Assembly: GCA_052426225.1 (NCBI GenBank)
Contig: JBNJNM010000007.1
Coordinates: 1 to 64,000 of the forward strand
Length of the DNA stretch: 64,000 bases
Reading direction: 5' to 3'
Origin: Zancudomyces culisetae HAW-14-8
Taxonomy: Eukaryota; Fungi; Kickxellomycota
Shown here: piece after piece, positions 36,244 through 48,223 of the stretch
Layout of the letters: each line of letters starts with the position of its first letter
How positions within the stretch are numbered: the first letter of the stretch is position 1
Made by a program: the position numbers and the translations under genes
Notes under the pieces: model-generated
What the model saw: only the letters and a program-made list of their open reading frames with translations
Databases searched by the model: none
What the model was told of the DNA's origin: nothing

Positions 36244-37860
36244 CTAAACTTGTTTTGCAAACCTACGCTTACGGAATACTACATTACAATCCCTGTCTGG
36301 GTTTTCTGGGCATCTAGTGACATATATTTTGTCTGTAAACATGCGTGGTTGACCAGTTGCTGGATCAATGTTGTTTGGACCAAATTTACAATCATTTGGT
36401 ATTTCAAATTCGTATTCTCTGAGCAGGTTAGCTAGTACAGTGTATATTTCGGTCCATGCCAGGTTCCTACCAACACAGATTCTAACACCAAGGGAAAATG
36501 CAATAATCTCTTTTTTCATTTCCTCCCCATTGGGCCCCAAGTACCTATCAGGGTTAAATACATGTGGATCCTTCCAAACTCGCTCGTCATAGTGGATACC
36601 CTCCAAAAAGATGTTGATTATATGATCTGGTGGAATGTAGTAATCCGAAAGCTGGAAGCCGTCTTCTGAACTGTCTCTTGGAAAAGTACCACCAACAACG
36701 GTTCTGTACCTCATGGCTTCAAGAATTACAGCAGTAAAATAATGAAGTTTCTTTCTTCCCTCATTTACTCTGATAAGCTGTGTTCTATCGGGAAACTCTC
36801 TGTCTATTTCCTCTACTACTTTTTTGTAGATATGAGGATACAGAGTACAGACATGTAAGAAATATGTCATGGTCATACTCGTGGTATCTATTCCGGCCAC
36901 TAGCATAGTGCCCAACTCTGCGTGTATTTGTAGCCTTGTTATCGGTTTTCCATCAATACTTTCTTTATTGTCAATAATCATCTGCAATATATCTTCATTG
37001 ACATTTTCTCGTCCAGCCTTATCGACTTGAGCATAACGGTCAGAGATAGCATTATCTCTAAAGGTCATGAATTTTTTGTAGTCCTTTATCCTGAACAGCC
37101 CAAGATACCGTTTAATAGGCTTCAAGACTGGAAACTTTGCCGTTTGTATAGCTGCATTAACTGAATCATTCACCCATTGTGTCAAGGGATGTCCACCTGA
37201 AGGCACAGCGCCAATTTCTCTACCAAAAATCATGTGGCCGATTACGTCTGTAGTCACGCTCTGGAAATATTTGTAGTAATTGACCTTGGCTTTGCCATTT
37301 CCCGCCTCAATCAGCTGTGTTAGCTTTTTATCTAGAGCAAGATACCCATCGTTCAGAATTTGATCTTCCATATTTGCCAAGCTGGTAAATGTAAATACTG
37401 GTCCAACCTGACGTCTTCTCATTCTGTTATACGCTTCATCACTGGTAGTGAATATGCTTTGTTCCATGAAATTTAGACTCTCGTATTCTTTTGACTTTGG
37501 ATATTTGTAGGTAGCCAAAAGTTTTTTTGCATCAGACATGGTTGTAATCGAGACTGTTTTCGGCCCTATTCTGATAGTGGGTCCATACTTTTTGTGGAGG
37601 CTTCCTAGGTATGTATAACAGTTTCCGCGTACAACCTGTAGATCAAATGGAAGACTTGTAAATCTACCCCACCACGGACCAGGAATTCTTTTTAATGGGT
37701 CGAACACTGTTGCTATAACAACTCTAAGCGCCAAATAGGTGCTCAGTGCTGCGACCAGTGTCTTCCCATTAAGCAAGAGCTTCAGTAATCGCTGGTAGTC
37801 TAGCTTTTTAAAAAGCTGAACAACCTGAGATGGCTCTGCCAGTTTACTTAGTATCGTCAT
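36244..37860 (-). CDS. Cytochrome P450 (538 aa, intronless)
   Basis: AGIDTT I-helix, EAMR, FNPDRY, FSLGVRICVG heme motif. ATG at 37860 (the track start at 37872 is TTG). Confidence 0.97.
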   Translation of the reverse strand: MTILSKLAEPSQVVQLFKKLDYQRLLKLLLNGKTLVAALSTYLALRVVIATVFDPLKRIPGPWWGRFTSLPFDLQVVRGNCYTYLGSLHKKYGPTIRIGPKTVSITTMSDAKKLLATYKYPKSKEYESLNFMEQSIFTTSDEAYNRMRRRQVGPVFTFTSLANMEDQILNDGYLALDKKLTQLIEAGNGKAKVNYYKYFQSVTTDVIGHMIFGREIGAVPSGGHPLTQWVNDSVNAAIQTAKFPVLKPIKRYLGLFRIKDYKKFMTFRDNAISDRYAQVDKAGRENVNEDILQMIIDNKESIDGKPITRLQIHAELGTMLVAGIDTTSMTMTYFLHVCTLYPHIYKKVVEEIDREFPDRTQLIRVNEGRKKLHYFTAVILEAMRYRTVVGGTFPRDSSEDGFQLSDYYIPPDHIINIFLEGIHYDERVWKDPHVFNPDRYLGPNGEEMKKEIIAFSLGVRICVGRNLAWTEIYTVLANLLREYEFEIPNDCKFGPNNIDPATGQPRMFTDKIYVTRCPENPDRDCNVVFRKRRFAKQV

Positions 37861-39864
37861 TGTTTTTATCAATTGGCTCTCATGCAGTAGGCCTTTTCGC
37901 TGCTTTCAAATATCCTTACAGAGTTATTCCTATTTCTTGGTTTGACAAAATAATACTTAAGCATAAACGATTTGATGGACGTGCCGTTTGCTTCGCTTTT
38001 ATACTGAATTGCTTTTAGTGAATCCACAAGTAAAGTATTCCCCTCTTGATTATTTTTATGATATTTACCATATTTAAGAATGCATAATATTACTCCGCCT
38101 TCCTCTTGGCCCTGAACATTTTGCCAGCTCTTGTAATTTTTCATGTTGAAAAATGTATTGAGCAAAATACATGAAACAGATTATTATTTAGCCAACCATT
38201 TACCTGAATCGCATGAAACTGGTGCATGTCCCAACTCCCAAATATTTTCAAATCTAATGCTGTAGTTATTTTAACAACAAACTGTTGTTTCCGACATTCA
38301 AATGATTAAAATTCGGAAAAAATGTGTTGATTTTCAATCTCCTTTAATAAATTCCCCTTGAATTGAAAACACGTGAAAAAAAAAATAAAAGCTTAGATTA
38401 AGTGCAAATTTCAATAGAACTGACCTCAGTTGACATTCAAATTTAATTAAAAGCCTGCCTCTTAAATTTTTCACTTTTTTCACTTCTTTTTAAAAAATTG
38501 GTCACATTGATTAATGTGTTAATTTAGGTACTTAGGCCGTGATTTAAACTGTTTAGAACTATCTCGTATATTCAAAAATCCATCAAATACAGCATTTAGA
38601 AACCATAAAGCAGATGCAGTTTCAGCTCGTATTTATATTGAAAGATTAAAGTACAAGAATAATAAATACCTAAAAAAAATTGTTTCAACTAGGCATGTGA
38701 TTAGAAATTAATAAAGTGTACAAATTGTACAAAATAAACCTTGGTTTTGCTGGCCCAAATGTTGGTTATAATAACGAAAATTGAAGGTATGTTGTAATGT
38801 AGTCATGGTCATTTCTGGAGAATGTCTTTAGTACCAAAATTCGCAAGAGCACTGGTTACGGAAGGATATTGTCTCAAGAAAGCTGCTCAGTGCTTGAAAT
38901 GAAAAGCATAATCAGCCCGTTCCAGTGAGGTTTTGTAACAAGCCCGTCGTTCAGGTGCAGTCTCAACCAAATAAAAATTTCCCATCAACTATTAAAGCTT
39001 GATATAAATATCACAAAAAACGCTATGGAAAATCGCTGAGCTGACTATTAATACAATAACACTTCTTTGAATATATGTGTAGAATACGACAGTCGCACAG
39101 AAAACTAGATGGTATTTTGATATACGGGAATTAAGTCTGCAATTCGTGGCTAGTGTTCATACTTACTCAAGACACAAAAAGGGTGGTCATCCTTTGGTAA
39201 TGAGGGTTTTACTACTGACATAGATGGTGCACTTGCAATTTTTTTTTACATAAAACTATTGTTATATTAACTGGGTTGTGAAGATAATGGGGCTTGAAAT
39301 CCTACTTATTAGATTCAAAACCATTATTAGTGCCCAATTATATAACCACTACAATAAATAATGTACTAGCACACTTTATAGTCTGTTTTTTCACATGTCT
39401 TACGAATTATACCCTCTGTATCAACTATATATAATCTTTTACTGATATTGGCTCTGATTTATATTCTGCTATAATAGTTTTATATTAAAACATTTAGTTA
39501 CATTACAGCCAAAACAACTTGTGCAACCTAAAACGTCATTTTTTTACTTGATTTACTAAAAGCGAATCAAATTTAACTATGACCATACAACATAAATACA
39601 CAATTTTGTGGAGGTAGTGTTTTATTATGCTTTGGTGCAATTGAATTGAATGGGTGCCTACAATGCCTGCAGCCCGTAGCTTCTCTACCATTTGCTAATA
39701 ACAAATACACACCTCTTGCATAAACAGCCGTGCCGATGACTCTCAAGGTTGGTCTCTGTCAAGTTCCTGTTCTTTTTCTCTTTTGCTTTCTTTAGTCTCT
39801 CTTTAAATTTTTTCTATAATCTTTGCTATGATATCTTTTATTTGTCTTTTATTTTTATTTATAT

Positions 39865-39904
39865 TTTTGGTTTTGGTTTTGGTTTTGGTTTTGGTTTTGG
39901 TTTT
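39865..39904. repeat. (TTTTGG)n microsatellite
   Basis: Six full tandem units. Confidence 0.9.
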
Positions 39905-42350
39905 CTTGTTGCATTAACTTTTTAGTACCAGTTATCTCGATTTATATTTTTTAACTGATAGATTTTGCAATTTTACAACTATGATAGCTTTCACCAAGCC
40001 GCTAAAGCTGATCCCATAATATCATATTTTTATTTCTGTGTACATACACATACACATACATACACATACATACCACATGTACACGTTTTATACATATGTA
40101 CGGTAGTAAAAATTCATAAACATACTAGTCGCTATTTGTGTGATTTTCACGCATTCCCCCTATCTTCAACCTGATGCGATATGCATTGGACTTTATTATC
40201 TGAAAACTATTAACCTAAAAAGCATAAACACCCTTAATGAACACTTTTGAGCAATTATTCTGCATTTACTCTATACAATGAAATTATCAACATTAGATAC
40301 GTTTGTCGCTGTTTTAGCGCAACTCACACCATTACTTCATCAGTTAACTAAAAACATGAAAAATCGAATAAATTTACAAATAACATGGGAAAAAATCAAA
40401 ATAGTAAAAAGTCGCTATAAAACCAGTTGTATGTGTTATGTTCCCACGTCCTCGGTTTTAAACCACACGTAATTATAGCTACAAAAGCTATCCTTTTGTA
40501 TACGCGTTTATTACACTGAAAAAATACAACATATGTAAATCTCTTCATTTTCCTTTGGAAACACTGCAAAACTATAAAAAAAAGCAATTTGTGTAATCAC
40601 TAAATAGGGATATTGAGTGATCAGAGTTGTAAACTCTGGCGGTCACTTATCAGAATTTTTTTTTGTGTATTGAACAAAGGCTAAAATAAACAACTATGCA
40701 AATAGAAGCTTTTAAGGGAAAAGCACTGATAGTTGCGTATAACAAAAAAATGAAACATAGCGTATTTAGAACTTTAAACCAGCGCTTTTCTCGCACATCA
40801 AACCATCATATATCCAACAATATCCTACCATTTCAAATTATTACTCTACTGGGTCTTAAATACAATGATTTCGATATGGTTGTACCATTTTTTTTCTTTG
40901 TAGGTGTTTATTAAAGTGAATAATTTTCATGTACTTCATGATAACTGAGGCACATGTGGAACATTCGTTCGATATATTTTTAACTTTTGAGTACTTGTAG
41001 CTTAATAGACAAATAATTCATTTTTTATTTAGTTTGAAAAACATTATCAATGAAGAATTTTAACATTTTTTTGTTATTTAGAAACACAATTCCATTCTCA
41101 CAACTATAATATTTTTGCCAAGTATAATTGGATAGTTACTAAATCAATAAAAAGGCACAAACGAGTACCATAGCGCCACCCTTCTCAAGCGTCTACTGTA
41201 GAGTATCCATCTTTTTCGCTCCAAAAGATGAGTGTAATTTTCTCTCTTATGGAGAAGCGTCCAATAAAGATAAAAATCGGTAAAAAAAAAGTGATGATTT
41301 TGAATACAATACAGTAAAAGACTACTATATTATACTATAGTATACGGTGATAAAGAAAAAGGTTGGAGTATGTAGTGAAGAGTTGAAACTACTGGAAAAT
41401 ATTCACTTACGCTAGACAATAGTTACAATACCTCCTCTTACTCCTGAGTGAACTTTCCACCACTTTACCTACATTTCCAAATTATGGGGAAAGGAGTGCT
41501 CGATTACCAATAATTTTTTTTAAAGTTTTGACAACACGTGGGGAAGCATTTTAAAACTGATGGTCAGTTTAGGAATTTAAACTTTTACTCTTTTTTTTTT
41601 GCGGGATTGCTATCAAACTGAAAAAGGAAACCAGTAATTAAAACAATCGTCAATACCTACTTGCGTCTCAGTAAACTAGCATTGATATGAAAAAAGTTTA
41701 AACACACCCATAAACTTGGAATTTGAGTGAAACTCTCATCCTTTACATGAGAACAATAACAACAAAAATTTCATCTAAATCAAATTGCTACAAAATGGTA
41801 TAGCATTTCTATACCTGGTACAATTATCTAAAAGAATGGTGAAAAATAATAAAAATACAATAAAAGATCAGAGCAAAATTTACACATTGGAGGTTTCTGG
41901 TGGCCTTACCATAACCATTTAGTTGGTCGTTTACCATGTCTTGCGCAAAAAAGTTTAAGCTGATATGAAATTCCGAATCTGTGTCAGTCAAAAACCGGTA
42001 GAATCCTGACACAGAAGACTTACTAATAATAGTAGGTGTTTCAAAAAAGTGAATCCAGACTGTACCTAACTACTTCAGGATTAATGAATATTAATGGATA
42101 TTATATTTTCTACAGTTGTCTGTAAACTAAATATAATATAAATATGAGAGAGTTGTACTCTTCGTCTAAAAATAAAGTATAAGCATAGAGTAAACCCAAA
42201 ATATATAACCTAACAGCTTACAATCAGAAAGCGTGTATTGTATTTTTTTTTGACTAACTATTACTTCAAAACTAATGGTGACAGGCTCCATTACCTTAAC
42301 CATCTGGAAGAATAAATTATAATACTTTACATAAAATTTTTTTAAAAAGA

Positions 42351-43583
42351 ATGAAATTAAATGATATACTTGTGCTAGCAATAGCTGCTGCAAGTGGTGT
42401 ATCTGCTAGTACGGATTTTTGGGGATTGAATTACAACCCAAAAAGAGCAGATGGATCATGTGCAAATGTCTATGATGTCATGAACGATTTGAATGCTTTA
42501 TCCAATTACACAGATACTATTCGTATCTATAGTGTCAAAGATTGTAACCATGGGGAGCCAGTTCTCAGAGCTATAGAAAATACAGATTGGAAAGTATACC
42601 TGGGTCTTTGGGTTGGAGAAGGTGATCTTGCCTACGAACTTGATAAAGCGGAACTGCGGAGATTGAGTCAATATTTTGATTTGAAAAGACACGTACAGGC
42701 TATTATTGTTGGGAGCGAATCCATCTACAGGGGTGAACATACTACCAGTGATCTTGCTGCAAAAATAACAGACACAAAAATGCTTTTGGAGGAGCTTGGG
42801 TTGGGGGAGATTCCTGTTACCACAGCCGATGTCGGGTATTTGATGGACTCAACAGTAATAGACGCTGTTGATTTTGTAATGACCAACGGTTTTCCGTACT
42901 GGGAGGGTCTGGATGTTAACATCGCTGCCGAGCGATTCTATAAACATCTTGACGAGCTCATTGAGAGGGCAGGTGGCAAAAAAGTAATGGTTAGTGAGAC
43001 TGGATGGCCAACAGATGGTGAAAAACTTGGTAATGCGGTTCCTAGCACAGAGAACTCACTAACGTACATGAGAGAGTTTATTTGTGAGGCTAGAGCGAGA
43101 AACTTGGACTATCTGTGGTTTTCTGCAATAGATGCGCCATGGACAAACATGCCAGGCGAACCTCCAAATGTTGAGGCGTACTTTGGAATCTTGACACCTA
43201 ACTACACTCCAAAATATCCTGGAGATCCTTGGTTTACCTGTGAAAACAACAGTACAACTATGTCAAGTAGCTCACTTTCACCCTCTATGTCCACACCAGA
43301 GCTATCTACCCCAGAAATATTCACATCAGAAACATCCATGCCAGAAACATTCATGTCAGAAACATCTACATCAGAAATACCTACATCTACTCCAATCACA
43401 CCACAGTTCCCATCGTTCACCGTCTCTCGCACCAGACGTACACGAACGCGCAGCAGGTGTCGTGTTCCAAAGACCACCATTAACACTAATTCATGTATCC
43501 CTACTACCCGCAGTAGTCGCACTCGTCGTAGCCGTCGCACTACCCGCAGCCGACCCACTGCCAGTCCACAAAGAACATCTTAG
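42351..43583 (+). CDS. Secreted GH17 beta-1,3-glucanase/transglycosylase (Bgl2/Scw-like) with S/T-rich and Arg-rich tail
   Basis: Signal peptide; IRIYS, VYLGLW, IIVGSE, NGFPYWEG, VSETGWPT. Confidence 0.93.
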   Translation: MKLNDILVLAIAAASGVSASTDFWGLNYNPKRADGSCANVYDVMNDLNALSNYTDTIRIYSVKDCNHGEPVLRAIENTDWKVYLGLWVGEGDLAYELDKAELRRLSQYFDLKRHVQAIIVGSESIYRGEHTTSDLAAKITDTKMLLEELGLGEIPVTTADVGYLMDSTVIDAVDFVMTNGFPYWEGLDVNIAAERFYKHLDELIERAGGKKVMVSETGWPTDGEKLGNAVPSTENSLTYMREFICEARARNLDYLWFSAIDAPWTNMPGEPPNVEAYFGILTPNYTPKYPGDPWFTCENNSTTMSSSSLSPSMSTPELSTPEIFTSETSMPETFMSETSTSEIPTSTPITPQFPSFTVSRTRRTRTRSRCRVPKTTINTNSCIPTTRSSRTRRSRRTTRSRPTASPQRTS

Positions 43584-44076
43584 TTTTAATATTTGAGATC
43601 CATTGTGGTGGGGTGGTGGTTAATTTACCTTGAATATGATTATTAACAATCGGTTCAGTTAATAGAATAGCAAAATAGAACCTTGAAACAACTTATTTCA
43701 AGTTCAACAACCCCACCAAGTAAATATAACCACTGACGTCTTGGTGTGTTTTGCTTATAAGAACGTCAAAGATCCATTTTCTTTTAAAACTAGCGCCTTT
43801 TAAATAACTACATGCAGTAAAGGCTAATAAATTTGTATAGCTAAATAAACATTGTTTGCACTCGGAAATAATTTTATTATTAATTAACCATGGCTATATT
43901 GATCAGGTACACTTGCAAAAAAAAAGAATTTTTTTTTACTATAAAATATTACATTCAAAACACCGAATATAGGGTCTATCAACTAGCACCATTAAGGATC
44001 AAAAGGTATTTATAATGAAAAACTAAGAAAAGTTCAAATAAAATAGGGAAATGAACAGCGTGACCTCTGATAACAA

Positions 44077-44976
44077 TTATTCAGAATCTGCTGGGTTAAT
44101 ACCCAAAGCTGCCATTGCTCTTGCGTTCATGGCTGAAAGGGATGAGATTGAGCCCTTGAGACCAATGTTGTCTCTGCCTATTAGTTGCTCTTGAACTTGC
44201 TCAATACTCTTGAAATAGCGTACAGTCTTTACATGAAGCTCAAGGGTGGCATCTTCGTCGCAAACAATCATTGATGATGGATGCATTTGGATAGCAGACA
44301 CAGTCCACATATGGTTTACACCATCTTCTATACACTTTGAAAGTGCAATGGCCTTATGAGCACCAGTAATGATGATGACGACTTCTCTGGCATCCATAAC
44401 AGTTCCGACACCGACGGTCAGGGAGAGCTTTGGTACCTTGTTGACATCTCCTCCAAAGAATCTAGCGTTTGCTAAGACAGTTTCATATGCAAGAGTTTTT
44501 ACTCTGGTTCTACTCTTCATGCTACTTCCTGGCTCATTGAAGGCAATGTGACCGTCTGGGCCTATTCCTCCCAAAAACAACTCAATACCTCCAACGGATT
44601 GTATCTTTTTTTCGTACCTTTCACACTCCTTGTCCAGTTGTTCTGCATTTCCGTTTAGGATGTTGACGTTCTGTGGATCAATGTCTATGTGGTTGAACAA
44701 GTGCTTGAACATGAAGCTGTGGTAAGATTCAGGGTGGTCACGGGGAATTCCTACATACTCGTCCATGTTGAATGTGATGACGTTCTTGAAGGACAGCTCT
44801 CCCTTTCTATAGAAATCAACGAAATATCTGTAAACTCCGATAGGAGAGGATCCGGTGGGCAGACCCAAGACGAATGGTCTCTCCTTTGTTGGACCAAACT
44901 CCAGGATTCTTTGTTTGATATAGTTTGCAGCGTAGAACGAGACAGCCTCTGGATCTTCTCTAATAATGAGCCTCAT
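44077..44976 (-). CDS. NAG1: Glucosamine-6-phosphate deaminase
   Basis: LGLPTGSSP, TFNMDEY, GGIGPDGHIAFNEPGSS, NHMWTVSAIQMH. Confidence 0.98.
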   Translation of the reverse strand: MRLIIREDPEAVSFYAANYIKQRILEFGPTKERPFVLGLPTGSSPIGVYRYFVDFYRKGELSFKNVITFNMDEYVGIPRDHPESYHSFMFKHLFNHIDIDPQNVNILNGNAEQLDKECERYEKKIQSVGGIELFLGGIGPDGHIAFNEPGSSMKSRTRVKTLAYETVLANARFFGGDVNKVPKLSLTVGVGTVMDAREVVIIITGAHKAIALSKCIEDGVNHMWTVSAIQMHPSSMIVCDEDATLELHVKTVRYFKSIEQVQEQLIGRDNIGLKGSISSLSAMNARAMAALGINPADSE

Positions 44977-47900
44977 TTCAGTAAATCTCGGAACTTTGGT
45001 TTTTTTTTTGTTCTTTTGAGTGTGGTTTTCTTTTCACAAATAGTTATCTAAAGGTAAGAGTATCCAAGAGAGAAAAGCTAGTTATAAATATTTCTATTTT
45101 TTCATCTCATTAACCCTTTTAAAACGTTTTATTGGAAAAATTTATTTTTATTTTGATGTTTTTTATTATTTATTATTCGCTATATTTTTTTGACTCCATA
45201 CTTTATCCCAAATTCGATTTGCCAAACTTTGGCAGAAAATTACTTTTAGACCACCTTTACTGAACTTGAGATATTCCAAATTAAATGGATGGGATGGATA
45301 CGTATTTTTGATTCACCTAAATAAATGGGTAAATATGATTTTATGTAACATGAGGAATGTATTTTTTCGGCGTATTTTTCATAATTCAAAAAGTGCGGCA
45401 ATTAAGATTTAATTTTACATAATAAAAAAAACGATGTGGGGGCTATTGGTCTGTTTTTAATAAAGCTATTGATACTTTTGCTGATATTGTTATCATGATG
45501 TACTCTTGCTCATCTTTAAACCAAGAATGGTGATATGAAAATAGCTTTGGTGGGGGGAGGGGGGTAGAAAGCAATTCCACTCACTCACCTTCTTTCATCA
45601 GGTTTTGCTATTAAGCAAAAAAATTGGAAATGAAAAAAGAGAACATTTTTGCCGGAAAAGTATTGGTGGTAAACCAACATAAAGGGTAAAAAAAAAACAA
45701 GGTTGAAAATGAAAAATATGATAGTTATGGTGATTATTGTGGTGATTATTGTGATAACTAGCGAAACTGACCGCATGATCAAAACATGATCTAGTTGAAG
45801 TAGATACATTTTATTTAGTTGATTTGAAATCAACTAACCCAGAAATGCTGGTAAATAAAGGTCGCGTTTCTTTCACATTGATAAATGATATCTATAACTA
45901 TTGCGTATTATGATAAAAAAGCAATAGTCGAAGAATGTAATAACTCTATATCAATTGACCAAACAAAGACAAAGCGTTCTTTAGGCAAAACTAGACTAGA
46001 AAGTGACAGTGTCAAGTTTAAATAATGTATAAAAGAAATCAGCTATAGCTATAGCTGTAGGTGTGCGTAGTGTATGTTGATCTATCGATTGTAATGAGAG
46101 TGGGTGGTGAACTATTATGTTTATGTATTTGGTGACGAGATTATAAAAACCTGTTGTAGAATGCAGTTCTTGTGCGAGTAAGCATTTGAATACAGCCGAA
46201 CCAGGTTTCTGCTAAAAATAAAAGCAATAATGTCTACTACACCAAATCAAACATAAATAAGCCCAACAATTCCAGTTAAAGATCACTCATATAGAATACA
46301 CCGAAAAGAACCATGTCAATGTGGTATAACTATACTATCATTATTTAGATATAAGTATGATAATATATTTTTTGATATTTATGTAACAGCATACTGTGCT
46401 AAACATGACTTTATAGAATATAGGTAGTAGAAACAGGCTAAAGAGGCAGTGAGTGGCGTTTAATCATTGATTTTTAAACATCGGCTATTTTTAGTTAAAT
46501 TGAACGGATTGCCTGAGCAAACCTTCTGAATGTTTTTGAGCAAGGGTACCTGAGATATCAATATTGAGAATCATAAAAGATGTCAAAAAACGTTTTTTTT
46601 TGTCTTTGTTTAAGTGACCGAACAAATTCCGAATTTTATAGTGGTAAAAAAGTATTATGTTAGCCTTAAATTTTTTTGTTTATTTTTTTTGTTTACAATA
46701 GATGTGATTTGTTGTATTGTTATGTGATTTGTCCTTTATGGGAAAAAAAAATAGATGATATTTAGAATAAATTGTGATCCTTTATACAAATCGAAATATT
46801 AACTAAAAAAAGAACACTGCAAAAACCAGAAAAAGAACACTGGCAATCTCAATTAAACAGAAATGGGCTAATGGAGGGAAGGGAAAGAGAGGAGGATACA
46901 TAATACTCAGCAGACATTGTATATTCTGAGAGGATAACATGCTATAATTCAAGCACATATTCAAGCCACTCTTCTAAGAACACCGAGCTAGTTAATACAG
47001 TAACACTATGTTGTGTGTGTGTGTGTGTTTAAATTTTCATTGTATAAAAGGTAAAGTTCACCTCAATACCACTTGTGTTTTGTGGGGGTGGAAGTGGTGA
47101 TTTTTAGTCATGGTGAATCTAGCCTGCTATAAGATAAAACCAATGCTAATTAAACCATTTACAGATATTCAAATGTATTCTGTTTGATTTTCAAGCAACA
47201 CTCTTAGTAAAGCGATTTCCATCATCTTTCTTTAAAAGGCAGTATATTTGTGGGTTTTAATTTTTAAACCATATTCTCAGCAATCACAAAACCACCCACC
47301 ACATGTCTCCGAATTGCAAAAACATGCGCAATACAAAATTGGAATTAACTTGGTGTGTACATCAGTATTATTGGCTTACACCAAATCAATTATAAATTTC
47401 AATCAATTCTCTATAAATATGTGTCAGAAAAAAAATCCGCCTATTTATTCGTTGCAGTGGAAAAAGAAAATGCTGGATTAGCCATACCAAAAACTTTGTT
47501 CAAACTATTAACCGATAAAAGCTCCTTCGTTTTTAGACTTGCAAATCACAACAAAGTTTGCATTACAAACAAAAAAAAAATTTTTTTTGATTGATTTGGA
47601 GGGGGGGGGAACAAATATTGAACTGGCAAGTAATATCCTAAATGGGTTGGGGAATACAAAATAATCTCATGATTTAAATTACCAACATTAGCACTTCATT
47701 TCCGCAAATCAATTAGAAAATAAAAGACCAAAAAAAAAGACATTAAATTATCCGCGTGTAGTCTCCAAACTTCTATGAATATGTATTAGCTTTCGCATTT
47801 TACATAATTGAAGATGGTGGGGGAGGGGAAGGTTTATTTTTGGTATTGGGATATGTAATCTTAAGAAAAATTAGACCAGAACAGTGTCCCCGCCCACCCT

Positions 47901-48223
47901 CTTCTTATTCTTCCTCTTTCTTTTCCCCAACTTCGACACCCAAATGCTAAGAAAATTTTTTTTAGGGTCCCCAAAACACCCAAATTTGAGCTAATGTAGC
48001 AAGGGCTTATTAATAGCGAGTAAATTAATTACGTTTTATTTTGTATTTGTTTTATAAACGAAAAGTACATGAAGCTCTTTCTTTAGTGATTAAAACTAAA
48101 TATACACAACAAATCTGTGTCTTGTTTAACCAGCTCCAGATTTTTCCAGTTTAAAACCACGCTTTAACCCGGCCTATTTTTAAAAGGTAGTGAAAAGAGT
48201 TAGAAGGAAAAGGGAAAAGGAAA

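Noticed and set aside
39865-39904. (TTTTGG)n as an interstitial telomere
   Set aside because: The unit differs from this organism's TTAGGG, and hexamer microsatellites are common here.
44977-48223. CACAAA (Ndt80/Ron1-type) sites in the NAG1-DAC1 spacer
   Set aside because: Only a few occurrences of an A-rich hexamer; not distinguishable from chance.
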